From positions 23,116 to 87,115 of the forward strand of contig JBAYJM010000001.1 in assembly GCA_041665065.1 (NCBI GenBank): 64,000 nt of DNA, in the 5' to 3' direction. Each line of letters starts with the position of its first letter. Positions within the stretch are counted from its first letter, which is position 1. Under the pieces are notes generated by a model that was not told the DNA's origin, ran no database searches, and was given only the letters and a program-made list of their open reading frames with translations. Shown here one piece after another: positions 7,371 to 16,171 of the stretch. The stretch comes from Candidatus Buchananbacteria bacterium (GTDB lineage Bacteria; Patescibacteriota; Patescibacteriia; 2-01-FULL-39-33). The position numbers and the translations under genes were made by a program.

Positions 7371-8671
7371 TAATCCTCCAGGGTGGGTAGTTCGATTCCA
7401 GCCAAAAGGTCCTCTATATCCTCGTGGTCCCTCCTCGCACTTCCACGAGATTTTCTGTCGTTGTCGTCAGCAGAGCGTGTAGCCAGTATTTTGTCGATTG
7501 CCGAGTCAAAGTTAAACTTGTCAATCTTAGTGGCGTCTATGCTGCGGAGTACCTCTAGGACATTGCGTTGCATGAACGCATCGGGCAAGCTCAGCGTATC
7601 CCATCCAAAGTAAAACCCATATCGGCGCACTGAGCTTATAAGTTGGGTGAAGCTGAGAGTATGGCCAAGGTCTTTGATGATAGCTTCGATAAGTGAGCGA
7701 AAGTCCTCAACCGATTGAGGAGGTCGCGATGGACCTTCATGCAGAGCCCTCCAAACTCCACGCCTCACTTTGCCGAACCGCCTATCATTTGGATGAGTTA
7801 GGTGACAGCATACGTCGTTTTTCAACCCTTCTTTGTTTTTGGTCTGGTCAACGACATATCCACTGCTTGGATCAATAATTGCATTGCAAAGTTCATCATA
7901 CGTCCAGCCAGCAATTATCCTTTGCGCTCTCATTATTGTGTAGAGAGCATCGCGTTGATGGGGGGTGTGTTTCGGCCTCTTATATTCGCTTCGTTTTTTT
8001 GTCACCTTTAGACGAAGCTTCTTGGGAGTTGGCAGTTCCGCGCCGCTTCTCAGTCCCCAACGAGTATTCCGTGTTGGAATGTGGCCAGTGGCGTCCGGTA
8101 CTTTAACAAATAGTTCTTCGTTCCTGGCAACAACATTCCAGACGTCAATTCGTAGCTGTTTCTCGTCGATTTCTGGTTCATTGAAACTCTGATGGTTGCG
8201 GACTCTCTCCATAATCTCTCCAAGAACCAGAGGCCCCTCTTGAAGAATGTCAAAAATGATCGCGCGAAGAGCAAATCTGCCAACCATAATATGCCTATCA
8301 ACCGGCTTCCTTTTCCTTTCCAGTGTTTTTTGGAGCATTGGATCGGCGGCCGTAAAACGGACGTACCAAAGCCCATGACGTTGTCGGAATATGTGGGTTC
8401 TGGAATTCAGCACCAGATCGTGCAGGAGTCTGACCAGTTTTTCGTGGCTTAATCCTGAGGGGATTTTCCTGTCCCGGCGCAAAGCCATGATAAGTTCTGT
8501 AATCGTCATGGCTTTTTGTGATAGCAAATGAATTACCGCCTTTGTTTTTGTGCCGAGATCCGGACGAAGTGAGTCTATGACTTGTTGAGCGGACAGTATG
8601 GTGCCAGGCGCAAGGCCCAATTTTCTCATGCCCCTCTCGGGGCCTGTTTTTTGACCCCTAGATTTGGACAT
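7370..8671 (-). CDS. Hypothetical basic protein with multiple winged-helix-like segments (GC-rich island)
   Basis: Long ORF at about 50% GC, against about 33% for its neighbours. Likely start MSKSRGQKTGPERG, with an aaaggaaaa ribosome-binding site upstream. Several HTH/winged-helix-like stretches (AVIHLLSQKAMTITELIMAL; RFALRAIIFDILQEGPLVLGEIMERV). No integrase motifs recognised. Confidence 0.5.
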   Translation of the reverse strand: MSKSRGQKTGPERGMRKLGLAPGTILSAQQVIDSLRPDLGTKTKAVIHLLSQKAMTITELIMALRRDRKIPSGLSHEKLVRLLHDLVLNSRTHIFRQRHGLWYVRFTAADPMLQKTLERKRKPVDRHIMVGRFALRAIIFDILQEGPLVLGEIMERVRNHQSFNEPEIDEKQLRIDVWNVVARNEELFVKVPDATGHIPTRNTRWGLRSGAELPTPKKLRLKVTKKRSEYKRPKHTPHQRDALYTIMRAQRIIAGWTYDELCNAIIDPSSGYVVDQTKNKEGLKNDVCCHLTHPNDRRFGKVRRGVWRALHEGPSRPPQSVEDFRSLIEAIIKDLGHTLSFTQLISSVRRYGFYFGWDTLSLPDAFMQRNVLEVLRSIDATKIDKFNFDSAIDKILATRSADDNDRKSRGSARRDHEDIEDLLAGIELPTLED

Positions 8672-8812
8672 GGCAATTTTCCTTTGTTGGTCGCTATTGG
8701 TTAAAGGTACTTTAAGCATTATATTATTATATTAGCATTAGTCAAAGGTTGCTGGTTGAGTTATTAAAAATAAGAGCAGGATTTTTGTTAATTACTACTA
8801 GTTTTTTAAGAA

Positions 8813-8850
8813 GAAAAAACACCCATATTCGGGTGTTTTCTTTTTGAGGT
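8813..8850 (-). terminator. Intrinsic terminator ACACCC-atattc-GGGTGT; direct repeat of 6343-6380
   Basis: Hairpin flanked by A and T runs (bidirectional), immediately downstream of the minus-strand methyltransferase gene. Confidence 0.55.
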
Positions 8851-8859
8851 GAATGATAT

Positions 8860-9567
8860 TTATTTTTTCTGAAAAACCATTATTGCCATTCTAATCACGG
8901 ACTTTGTATTTGGAGAACGAGTTTCCAGCTCCTCTTTATGTATTATTTCAAAATCTTTAAATAATGTTTCCAATTCTTTTGTCTCAAAATGATGAGCTAT
9001 GCGAGCAATTTTATTTTTTTCAATCGCTTCCTCCATTTGCTTTTGAGTCTCAATAGAACTTGAAGAAGTGCCTTCATTAAAAACAAAAAAATTGTGTTTT
9101 TCATCTACAAACGGGCGCGAGAGTTCATATCTTTTATTATAATCCTCAGAAACCAAGCCCTCGTTTACCCATATTAAAGCGCCAGGCTTTAGAATACGAT
9201 TTAATTCTAAGACCAAAGCCTTTCTTTTTGATAATGGCATTATGTTTACTAACACAAAAGATATAATTATGGCATCAAAAGATTCATCGGCAAACGGCAG
9301 GATGTCCGTTATGTCACTAATTACATAATCAACTTGAGTCGGCTTTAGTTTATTTTGTGATATAGCTTCTTCATTTATATCAATTCCCGTAACTCTATAT
9401 CCTTGATCGGATAAATACTGTGCCATTTCGCCGGTTCCGCAGCCTAAATCCAAGATTGCAGATCCAGGCTCCAATCTTCTAATTAACTCATCGCCAGGAA
9501 ATGCGTTTCTGCCAATAATTGATTTAGCTGGAACAGTTTTCCAATATTGTGTATTTAAATCTTTCAT
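8860..9567 (-). CDS. Class I SAM-dependent methyltransferase
   Basis: 235 aa. Motif I ILDLGCGTGEMAQYL, motif II VDYVISD, motif III LKPGALIWV. Confidence 0.75.
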   Translation of the reverse strand: MKDLNTQYWKTVPAKSIIGRNAFPGDELIRRLEPGSAILDLGCGTGEMAQYLSDQGYRVTGIDINEEAISQNKLKPTQVDYVISDITDILPFADESFDAIIISFVLVNIMPLSKRKALVLELNRILKPGALIWVNEGLVSEDYNKRYELSRPFVDEKHNFFVFNEGTSSSSIETQKQMEEAIEKNKIARIAHHFETKELETLFKDFEIIHKEELETRSPNTKSVIRMAIMVFQKK

Positions 9568-9624
9568 TTGTTAATTTTATCAAAGATGCTCCAGTTAGTC
9601 ATATTAATGCTAAAAGATACGGCA

Positions 9625-9653
9625 TTGACAAAGCTAGAATAATATATTATAAT
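9625..9653 (+). promoter_or_regulatory. Perfect consensus promoter TTGACA-17-TATAAT
   Basis: TTGACA at 9625-9630, spacer aagctagaataatatat (17 nt), then TATAAT. Confidence 0.5.
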
Positions 9654-9699
9654 GCACAATTGTACATAGTGATTGGTGTAACTAACAAAGGGGGTGCAT

Positions 9700-9954
9700 A
9701 TGCCCATTGTGCCGATAAAGAGAGGAATCCCACAGAGTGTGAAGGGACGAATGGAATTTGTCCTTGATCGCTTAAGATGGATCGGCTGGTCCGTGAATGT
9801 TATCGGACTAGTTCGAAACATCGGGTGGGATACAAAGCTGCCCTATATGGAGCTTGAGCCGATTGTCAAAGTGGCTCTCAAAGGACTTTGTAGGGCGGGT
9901 TTTATCGAGGTGGTAAAAAACGATCATCGGCTGATCGTTCCTGCCAAGTCGTAA
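9700..9954 (+). CDS. Hypothetical 84-aa protein in a stand-alone cassette (moderately GC-rich)
   Basis: ATG preceded by an AAAGGGGG Shine-Dalgarno site and followed by a hairpin and T-run at about 9963-9990. No family recognised. Confidence 0.45.
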   Translation: MPIVPIKRGIPQSVKGRMEFVLDRLRWIGWSVNVIGLVRNIGWDTKLPYMELEPIVKVALKGLCRAGFIEVVKNDHRLIVPAKS

Positions 9955-10018
9955 CAAAAGCGTCGAGAGAAGATCTTGGCGCTGTTTTATTTTAAATATT
10001 TTTTTGTTGGATAATAGT

Positions 10019-11782
10019 TTAAATTACTACTCCCATCTGTTCTCGCCAAAGCGCAGAATAAAGTCCGCCTAGGTTTTTCAGCTCATCATTTTTTCCAACT
10101 TCAATTATTTTCCCTTTTTCCAAAACATAAATTTTATCGGCATGGGAAATCGTTGATAGGCGATGGGCGACTAGGATAGTTATCATTTTTGAAGAAGCTT
10201 TATCCAAGCTTTTTATTGTATCTGAAATTTCTTTTTCAGTGATAGAATCCAAACTGCTGGTTGCTTCATCAAAAATTAGAAGTGAAGGCTTGCGCAGGAG
10301 CGCTCTGGCGATTGCCAGTCTTTGGCGTTCACCGCCGGAAAGTTTCAGGCCTCCTTCGCCGATAATTGTATCAAGTCCTTTTCCGCCTCGTTGCATAATC
10401 TGAGAAACAGAGGCCGCCTCAAGCGCTTCAAGACAATCTCCATCACTTGCGCTTGGTTTGGCAAAAAGCAAGTTATCTCTAATTGATCCAGCAAATAACT
10501 GAGTTTCTTGGGAGACTAATCCGATTTTGTTCCGAAGATCATTATAATCAATTTTTTTAGAATCAATGCCATTAAAAGTCAGCTTTCCAGCTTGAGGTTG
10601 ATATAATCCGAGGATAAGTTTTACCAAAGTCGTTTTGCCGGATCCTGATGGTCCGACAAAAGCAACTGTTTCTCCTGGTGTTATTTTTAGAGAAGCTTCC
10701 TTTATGCTTGCCTCATTGCCTGATACATAAGTGAAGGTAATATTTTCAAAATCAATATTTAAATCATCGTCTAGTTTAATGGGATTTGTTGGCTTAGCCT
10801 GCGAAGGCATCTTTAGGATAGTATCTAATTGCTCCATGCTAGCTTTGGCCTCTTGGTATTGCGAAGATAATGCGCCCAATTCTCCGAGCGGTCCGAAAAT
10901 AAAAAATAGATAAAAGAAGAGGCTGAAAAATTCACCGAGCGTAATGCTTCTAGTATAAATAAGCCAAAGCATCAAAAGCATTATTAGCGCGCGCGAGGCA
11001 TTTATGGCTGTGCCTTGGATAAAACTCAAAGTCCTGACCAATCGTATTTTGCGCAGTTCTAATTTTAAAATATCATTATTTACTTCATTTAATCTTTTAA
11101 TTTCTTGGTTTTCGAGTCCAAGACTTTTAACCAACTCAACATTGCGAAGTGTTTCTGTTGTTGATCCTGCCAAGGCGGTCATTTGGGCGTTGATGTTTTT
11201 TTGAGCTTGCTTTACTTTTCCGCTAATAAAAAATATCGCCGCTCCAAGTGTCGGGGTTAAAATTAAAAAAGCCAAACCAATGGTCCAATTGACCCAGGAA
11301 GCGTATATTAGTACGAACAGTAATCCGACAATTGATAGAAATAAACTGCCGATCATGCCGGCAATCAAAGTCTGGCTGTCTAGCCTTGCCTTTTGCAGTT
11401 TTTGTAGAATCTCGCCGGATTTTTGATCTTCAAAATTTTGATAAGGCAAAGAAAAGGCATGAGCCACGCTATCGGCATAAAGTTTGGTCCCCAGTCTTTG
11501 GGTTATGACGTTTACATAGTAATCCTGGAAGTTTTTGGCGATTCTGGAAACTAGCGCCACGCCGACTGATAAGGCTAGTAAAAATAAAACCCCGCTAATA
11601 AAATCATTCCTTGAAAGAGTAAAGGCCTTATTGATATAGTTATCAACTATCAGTCTAAAAACCTGCGGATCAAGCAGAGAAAAAATCTGATTAATGGTGG
11701 CCAAAATCAAAGCAAAAATCAGCAGTGATTTATAGTTATTTAAATATTTCCAAATTAATTTCATATAATAACATTTTAACAT
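10019..11782 (-). CDS. ABC exporter, fused permease/ATPase (MsbA/ABCB-type)
   Basis: 587 aa with six N-terminal TM helices. Walker A GPSGSGKTT, signature LSGGERQRLAIARAL, Walker B LLIFDEATSSLD. Confidence 0.85.
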   Translation of the reverse strand: MLKCYYMKLIWKYLNNYKSLLIFALILATINQIFSLLDPQVFRLIVDNYINKAFTLSRNDFISGVLFLLALSVGVALVSRIAKNFQDYYVNVITQRLGTKLYADSVAHAFSLPYQNFEDQKSGEILQKLQKARLDSQTLIAGMIGSLFLSIVGLLFVLIYASWVNWTIGLAFLILTPTLGAAIFFISGKVKQAQKNINAQMTALAGSTTETLRNVELVKSLGLENQEIKRLNEVNNDILKLELRKIRLVRTLSFIQGTAINASRALIMLLMLWLIYTRSITLGEFFSLFFYLFFIFGPLGELGALSSQYQEAKASMEQLDTILKMPSQAKPTNPIKLDDDLNIDFENITFTYVSGNEASIKEASLKITPGETVAFVGPSGSGKTTLVKLILGLYQPQAGKLTFNGIDSKKIDYNDLRNKIGLVSQETQLFAGSIRDNLLFAKPSASDGDCLEALEAASVSQIMQRGGKGLDTIIGEGGLKLSGGERQRLAIARALLRKPSLLIFDEATSSLDSITEKEISDTIKSLDKASSKMITILVAHRLSTISHADKIYVLEKGKIIEVGKNDELKNLGGLYSALWREQMGVVI

Positions 11783-11914
11783 TAATTAGCCAGTTTATCA
11801 TTGATAGAATAGAAGGTCAATATATTTATATTTACACATATTAAAAATAGTATTATAATTAAATTAGCAAAATTAAATGGTGGATTAATATAAATATAAA
11901 TTTTTAAATTTAAT

Positions 11915-12922
11915 ATGGCAAATTCAACAAAGCTTTATCCGACAAAGGTGAAGACAAAAAGCACATTGGCTGTAATTATTATTGCAGTTGCCGTTATTGC
12001 AGGTGTTTTTTTTGGATGGTCTTCTTTTAATGGAATTACTTATTTAGTAAGTAGTGGGTCAAGGACAAGCTTGATAAATAAATGTCCACTTTATCATTCT
12101 GCTGATGTAAATAAAAATTATATTATTGAATCAGAAGAAATAAATTATGTAAATAAATTGAGAGAGTCAAAAAATTATCATTGTGATAAGACTGCTTATT
12201 CAGGATATGCTGTTGGTTATGGTAATAAAAATTGTAAGAAGCATAGTTCAGACTACAGAGAAGATCCTGAAAGCCTATCAATTATTGGTGATTGGAAAAT
12301 AAACTTAAGTGAATTTTTAAGATTAGTGCAATTTTATAATGCCGGTGGATATAAGGTTGATTGTAAGGGTGAAGATGGTTTTGCGCCGTCAGCAAATTCT
12401 GTTGTTTATCATTCCGCTGATGTAAATAAAAATTATATTATTGACAAGAATGAAATGGATTACGTTCTTAAGCTACAAGCTTCAAAGTCATATCATTGTG
12501 ATTCAAAAGCTTTTTCTGGTTATGCTACTGGAACCGGTTCGAAAGTTTGTAAGCCACATAATTCGGATTACTTAATTAAACCGGAAAGCGAACGAATTAA
12601 AGGAAGTGATTGGATTATAAGTATGAGTGAACTCCTAAGATTGGTTCAATTTGTAAATACCGGCGGTTATAAGTTTGTGGGATTTGAAAATAGTGAAGAT
12701 GGTTTTGAGCCAAGCGCACCATGCATTGGAGAGGGCCAAGCCATTATTTTAAGTGGTGCTGGAAGCCAAAATTGCTGTGCTGGATTAAAGTTATTGCCAC
12801 CAAAAAATACTTCTGAAGGTACTGCTGGTATATGTACGGCAAAATGTGGAGATAAAGTATGTGATAGTAATTTAGAATCTTGCACAAATTGCATAGCAGA
12901 TTGTCCAAATTGTAAAATTTAA
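11915..12922 (+). CDS. Membrane-anchored secreted repeat protein with a Cys-rich C-terminus (unknown function)
   Basis: 335 aa with an N-terminal TM segment. Two roughly 110-aa tandem repeats (YHSADVNKNYII...YHCD...SGYA.G.G.K.CK.H.SDY...LRLVQF.N.GGYK), supported by a near-identical 36-nt DNA repeat at 12091 and 12405. C-terminal CxxC-rich tail. Confidence 0.55.
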   Translation: MANSTKLYPTKVKTKSTLAVIIIAVAVIAGVFFGWSSFNGITYLVSSGSRTSLINKCPLYHSADVNKNYIIESEEINYVNKLRESKNYHCDKTAYSGYAVGYGNKNCKKHSSDYREDPESLSIIGDWKINLSEFLRLVQFYNAGGYKVDCKGEDGFAPSANSVVYHSADVNKNYIIDKNEMDYVLKLQASKSYHCDSKAFSGYATGTGSKVCKPHNSDYLIKPESERIKGSDWIISMSELLRLVQFVNTGGYKFVGFENSEDGFEPSAPCIGEGQAIILSGAGSQNCCAGLKLLPPKNTSEGTAGICTAKCGDKVCDSNLESCTNCIADCPNCKI

Positions 12923-13050
12923 CTAAATACTTTTTGAATTTTAAACTAGCTAAAACATCCGCTTACATGCGGATGTTTTTATTAGCTAATTTAAATATGG
13001 GTTATAGTGGACGCTTTTATGATGTTGAAGTAGTCCTGGTCAAGGTTAGT

Positions 13051-13079
13051 TTTTAAACAAAAAAAATTGCCGAAACGCG
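13051..13079 (-). terminator. Intrinsic terminator GCCGAAACG-12nt-CGTTTCGGC
   Basis: 9-bp stem with a run of eight U on the minus strand, downstream of the minus-strand gene 13118-13843. Confidence 0.55.
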
Positions 13080-13117
13080 TGTGAGTGCACGTTTCGGCGA
13101 GGGTTGGTGAGCAAATC

Positions 13118-13843
13118 TTAGGCCGATTGCCTATCCATGATTTGAATCAGCGCGTGACCCTTGGGGTCAACGCGTTTGATGACAAGGATCTTGGGACCCG
13201 CAGGGAGAATATTCCAGTACGTTTCCGCGATCTCTCGGTGGTCGCCAATGACGGGTACGAGAAGCGGGCCTCGAAACGAGTGAGTCTGGCCGGTGTCCTT
13301 TGTGCTTGTCGTGACACAGTAGCCAAAGCCGGACTCCATGTTGGGATATTGTTCTTTGCGTCTGTGGCCGTCATCGGTCTCCGTAGTTACGGAAATACCG
13401 GCATGAGGGGCCTCACCATTAAAGAAGCAGTAAGCGCTTACGCGTGGCGCATCGACCAATCCAAATCTGCGTTGATTGGAGTCTGCCTCACCAAATGCGG
13501 CATCGACAAATGTCGCATCGATGGGCGTGCCTCCTTGAAGTTTGGCGTAGTATGCAGCCCTGAGATGGTCTATGACGCTTTCGGTTTGGCCATTCGTCAC
13601 CACGTGGGTGTGGTAGTAACCGGCCATGGCGAGATAAGAAACGGGGCAGGGAATTCCTGGATTAATGGGAACAACCCGCACACTTCCATCGCAATCGTCA
13701 ATGGCAAAGGTGCAATTTGAATCTCCCATAATCCAGGCGACTTGATACAATACTTCACGGAAGAACGCCACCACTATCCCGTTGCTGGGGCTTTCACAAA
13801 GTGAAACAAAATTGTCTTGGGCCTCAACTCTTTCGGCGCTCAT
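13118..13843 (-). CDS. Hypothetical protein, GC-rich island
   Basis: 241 aa. GGGGGAA Shine-Dalgarno site upstream of the ATG, and a minus-oriented terminator downstream. The overlapping plus-strand ORF 13085-13720 is rejected because it starts inside the terminator hairpin. No confident family; His/Asp-rich segments (GDSNC, YYHTHVV) could hint at a metal-dependent hydrolase. Confidence 0.45.
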   Translation of the reverse strand: MSAERVEAQDNFVSLCESPSNGIVVAFFREVLYQVAWIMGDSNCTFAIDDCDGSVRVVPINPGIPCPVSYLAMAGYYHTHVVTNGQTESVIDHLRAAYYAKLQGGTPIDATFVDAAFGEADSNQRRFGLVDAPRVSAYCFFNGEAPHAGISVTTETDDGHRRKEQYPNMESGFGYCVTTSTKDTGQTHSFRGPLLVPVIGDHREIAETYWNILPAGPKILVIKRVDPKGHALIQIMDRQSA

Positions 13844-14001
13844 GATTATGAGATTCCCCCTAGTGTAAATTGTTTGATGAAGCCAAGATACGCTCTTGCT
13901 TCTTTGTTAAGTGTGTTTTATTTTTTAATTTTTGTCAATTATAATTTTTATCTAATTTTATTGTTATTTTTAGGTGGAGATAGGATTATTATTTAAATAA
14001 A

Positions 14002-14040
14002 ATAAAAAAACCGCCAAGTCATAGCCGTGCTATGTGGCGG
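14002..14040 (-). terminator. Intrinsic terminator (CCGCCA...TGGCGG stem + U-run on minus strand)
   Basis: Reverse complement reads cccgccacatagcacggctatgacttggcggttttttt, directly downstream of gene 14045-14440. Confidence 0.45.
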
Positions 14041-14044
14041 GTTA

Positions 14045-14440
14045 TTAGGTGTGTACAGGTTTGCGCTTCGTCTCTCTTATTTCGGTAATTACCCCTGCTT
14101 GCTCCAGGGCTATAATATAGTCATTGAGCCGTTTGTCGCTACCATAGATCCGAAAGAGCAGACGGTCGTGATAGCCAACTTCAAGACATAGATTGTTTTG
14201 GAAAACTGATGTTAAGCCAGCGCCTGCAAATTCTCCATGGTCTATTCCGAAAACCAGGATCGCTTCCTTCCACCTAGTATAGTCTGACCACAGATTTACT
14301 AAGGTTCTTACCAGGGCAACCCGATCCTCAAGTGTAGGCGCTTCAAATAGCGCGGCGTTAATCCGATCGATCGGATCAACCGGTTTTTCGGCTCTCCCAA
14401 CAAGGAGGGCAGAAATGAAATCCAGTACAGTGTGTGACAT
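14045..14440 (-). CDS. Hypothetical protein, GC-rich island
   Basis: 131 aa. Very strong AAAGGAGGGAG Shine-Dalgarno site 6 nt upstream of the ATG. Own terminator. Confidence 0.5.
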   Translation of the reverse strand: MSHTVLDFISALLVGRAEKPVDPIDRINAALFEAPTLEDRVALVRTLVNLWSDYTRWKEAILVFGIDHGEFAGAGLTSVFQNNLCLEVGYHDRLLFRIYGSDKRLNDYIIALEQAGVITEIRETKRKPVHT

Positions 14441-14581
14441 TTGGACTCCCTCCTTTGGGTTTTTGGCCTTTGAAATTAGTACGCAGGGTTAATTTAACAG
14501 ATATGAGAGCTATTTTCAAGTAGAGCCTAAACTTCATGATTTCTATAGCCTTCATTGATTATAATCATTTCTGGTGGTATT

Positions 14582-15148
14582 ATGACAGATATGTCAGAAA
14601 TTAATGATTATGAATTAATAGGCAAATATTTGAAAGGCGATGAAAAATCGCTAGAATTGCTGATCCAAAAATATCTCAAGCCGATATATTATTTTGTTTA
14701 TGGCTATATAAAAAATGACAAAGAAGCTGAGGATATTACTCAGGAAGTTTTTGTCCGCGCTTGGAAAAAGTTGAAACAATTCAAAAAAGAGAACAATTTT
14801 AATTCGTGGATTTTTGCCATAGCCAAAAATGCGTCAATTGACTTTTTGCGGAAAAGGAAAGATATTCCAATCTCAGCATTTGATAATGATGGCGGAAATG
14901 CCCTAATTGACAATTTATGTGATTTAAATCCAGCGACCGATAAGTTGATGGAAAATTATAGCGATCAAAAAAGCATAGGCGAGGCAGTTGAGATGCTGGC
15001 GCCTGATTACCAAACCGTTTTTAAAATGCATTATGAAAAGCAGTTGAATTTTAGAGAAATTGCTGAGATTTTAGGCGATTCAATAAATACCATAAAAAGT
15101 CGGCATAGAAGGGCTGTTTTGATTTTAAAAAATATTCTTAGTATTTAG
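14582..15148 (+). CDS. RNA polymerase sigma factor, ECF (sigma-70 family group 4)
   Basis: Region 2 (FVRAWKKLKQF...NFNSWIFAIAKNASIDFLRKRK) and region 4 HTH (LNFREIAEILGDSINTIKSRHRRA). ATG at 14582 after GGTGGT. Confidence 0.8.
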   Translation: MTDMSEINDYELIGKYLKGDEKSLELLIQKYLKPIYYFVYGYIKNDKEAEDITQEVFVRAWKKLKQFKKENNFNSWIFAIAKNASIDFLRKRKDIPISAFDNDGGNALIDNLCDLNPATDKLMENYSDQKSIGEAVEMLAPDYQTVFKMHYEKQLNFREIAEILGDSINTIKSRHRRAVLILKNILSI

Positions 15149-15162
15149 TAAATTTAGCTATT

Positions 15163-15194
15163 TACAAACACTTCACACGTGTGTGAAGTGTTTG
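15163..15194. repeat. Perfect 32-nt palindrome ACAAACACTTCACACGTGTGTGAAGTGTTTGT
   Basis: Lies between the ECF sigma gene and the putative anti-sigma gene. No T-run follows, so it is more likely an operator or RNA hairpin than a terminator. Confidence 0.5.
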
Positions 15195-15251
15195 TAGAAT
15201 TAACTCCAAAAAGAGGTGCACCAAAAGGCGCCTCTTTTTCGTATTAGTAAT

Positions 15252-15656
15252 ATGGAAACACATGACAACAATTTAAATTTTATGGCTCCGGAACCATCCG
15301 ACGGGCTTTTTTATAAGATTATCAATAGAATTGAGGAAGAGAAAAAGTTGCGAAAGATTAGAAAAAAAATCATCTACTCTTCATTGCTTTTCTCATGCTC
15401 GCTTATTGCTGTCGTGCCGGCAATAATATCATTATGGACTAATCTGGATAGTTCGGGATTTAATAGTTTTGCCTCTTTGTTATTTAGCGATAGCGGAATG
15501 ATTTTTGTCTATTGGCAAAGCTTCTCGCTGGCATTATTGGAAACGCTCCCGGTCATTAATTTAATTTTGGTTCTCGCGGTTGCCATGGGAATTCTGACAT
15601 CGCTTAGATTTTTATTTAAAAATATTAAAAAAATTAACTCACTTAAGTTTGCATAA
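15252..15656 (+). CDS. Putative anti-sigma factor (small membrane protein downstream of ECF sigma)
   Basis: Cytoplasmic N-terminus, then TM helices. Assignment rests on position immediately after the ECF sigma gene; an AGAGGUGC/GCGCCUCU hairpin with U-run lies between the two genes. Confidence 0.4.
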   Translation: METHDNNLNFMAPEPSDGLFYKIINRIEEEKKLRKIRKKIIYSSLLFSCSLIAVVPAIISLWTNLDSSGFNSFASLLFSDSGMIFVYWQSFSLALLETLPVINLILVLAVAMGILTSLRFLFKNIKKINSLKFA

Positions 15657-15658
15657 GT

Positions 15659-16156
15659 ATGGATTCAAAATTTTTACAATCAAACGGCTTTAAATTAGGA
15701 CTTTGGATAATTGGAATTATCATATTGGTCGCGATTGCCTTTGTCGGGGGCATGTATGTCGGATTTGAAAAGGCAAGTTTTTCGTATCAATGGGGAGAAA
15801 ATTATCATCGGAATTTTGCCGGCCCTAAAGACGGTTTTGGCCGTGAATTTATGGGACGAGATTTTATGGAAGCACACGGAATATTCGGGCAGATTATAAA
15901 AATAGATGGCAATACAATAATTGTAAAAGGAAATGATAATACCGAAAAAAGCATATTGGTAAGCGACAAGACCGTAATTAACAGATTTAAAGATAAAATT
16001 AAAATAGGGGACTTAAAAACTGATGACGGCATTGTGGTAATAGGAGATCCAAACGGTTCCGGCCAGATTGAGGCCAAGCTTATTAGGGTAATGCCGGCTT
16101 TTCCCGGACCGACACCCTCATCTTCAATGCCTTTGCCTCCTCCGCCCTTGCGATAA
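15659..16156 (+). CDS. Membrane-anchored hypothetical protein (paralogous to 19960-20427)
   Basis: 165 aa with an N-terminal TM helix. Beta-rich domain IIKIDGNTIIVKG...IKIGDLKTDDGIVVIGDPNGSGQIEAKLIRVMP and a Pro-rich tail. Confidence 0.5.
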   Translation: MDSKFLQSNGFKLGLWIIGIIILVAIAFVGGMYVGFEKASFSYQWGENYHRNFAGPKDGFGREFMGRDFMEAHGIFGQIIKIDGNTIIVKGNDNTEKSILVSDKTVINRFKDKIKIGDLKTDDGIVVIGDPNGSGQIEAKLIRVMPAFPGPTPSSSMPLPPPPLR

Positions 16157-16171
16157 ATAATCTAAATAAAT

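Noticed and set aside
12091-12445. Near-identical 36-nt DNA repeat (tatcattc(t/c)gctgatgtaaataaaaattatattattga) as a possible mobile or CRISPR-like repeat
   Set aside because: Both copies lie in-frame inside one gene and correspond to the two protein-level tandem repeats. It is an intragenic duplication.
13085-13720. 211-aa plus-strand ORF overlapping the 13118-13843 minus-strand gene
   Set aside because: It starts inside the minus-strand terminator hairpin and lacks a ribosome-binding site. The minus-strand ORF has a GGGGGAA Shine-Dalgarno site and a matching terminator. Long ORFs on both strands are expected at this GC content.
15216-15251. Upstream extension of the anti-sigma ORF from a GTG inside the terminator hairpin
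   Set aside because: The start would lie within a stable hairpin. ATG at 15252 is preferred.
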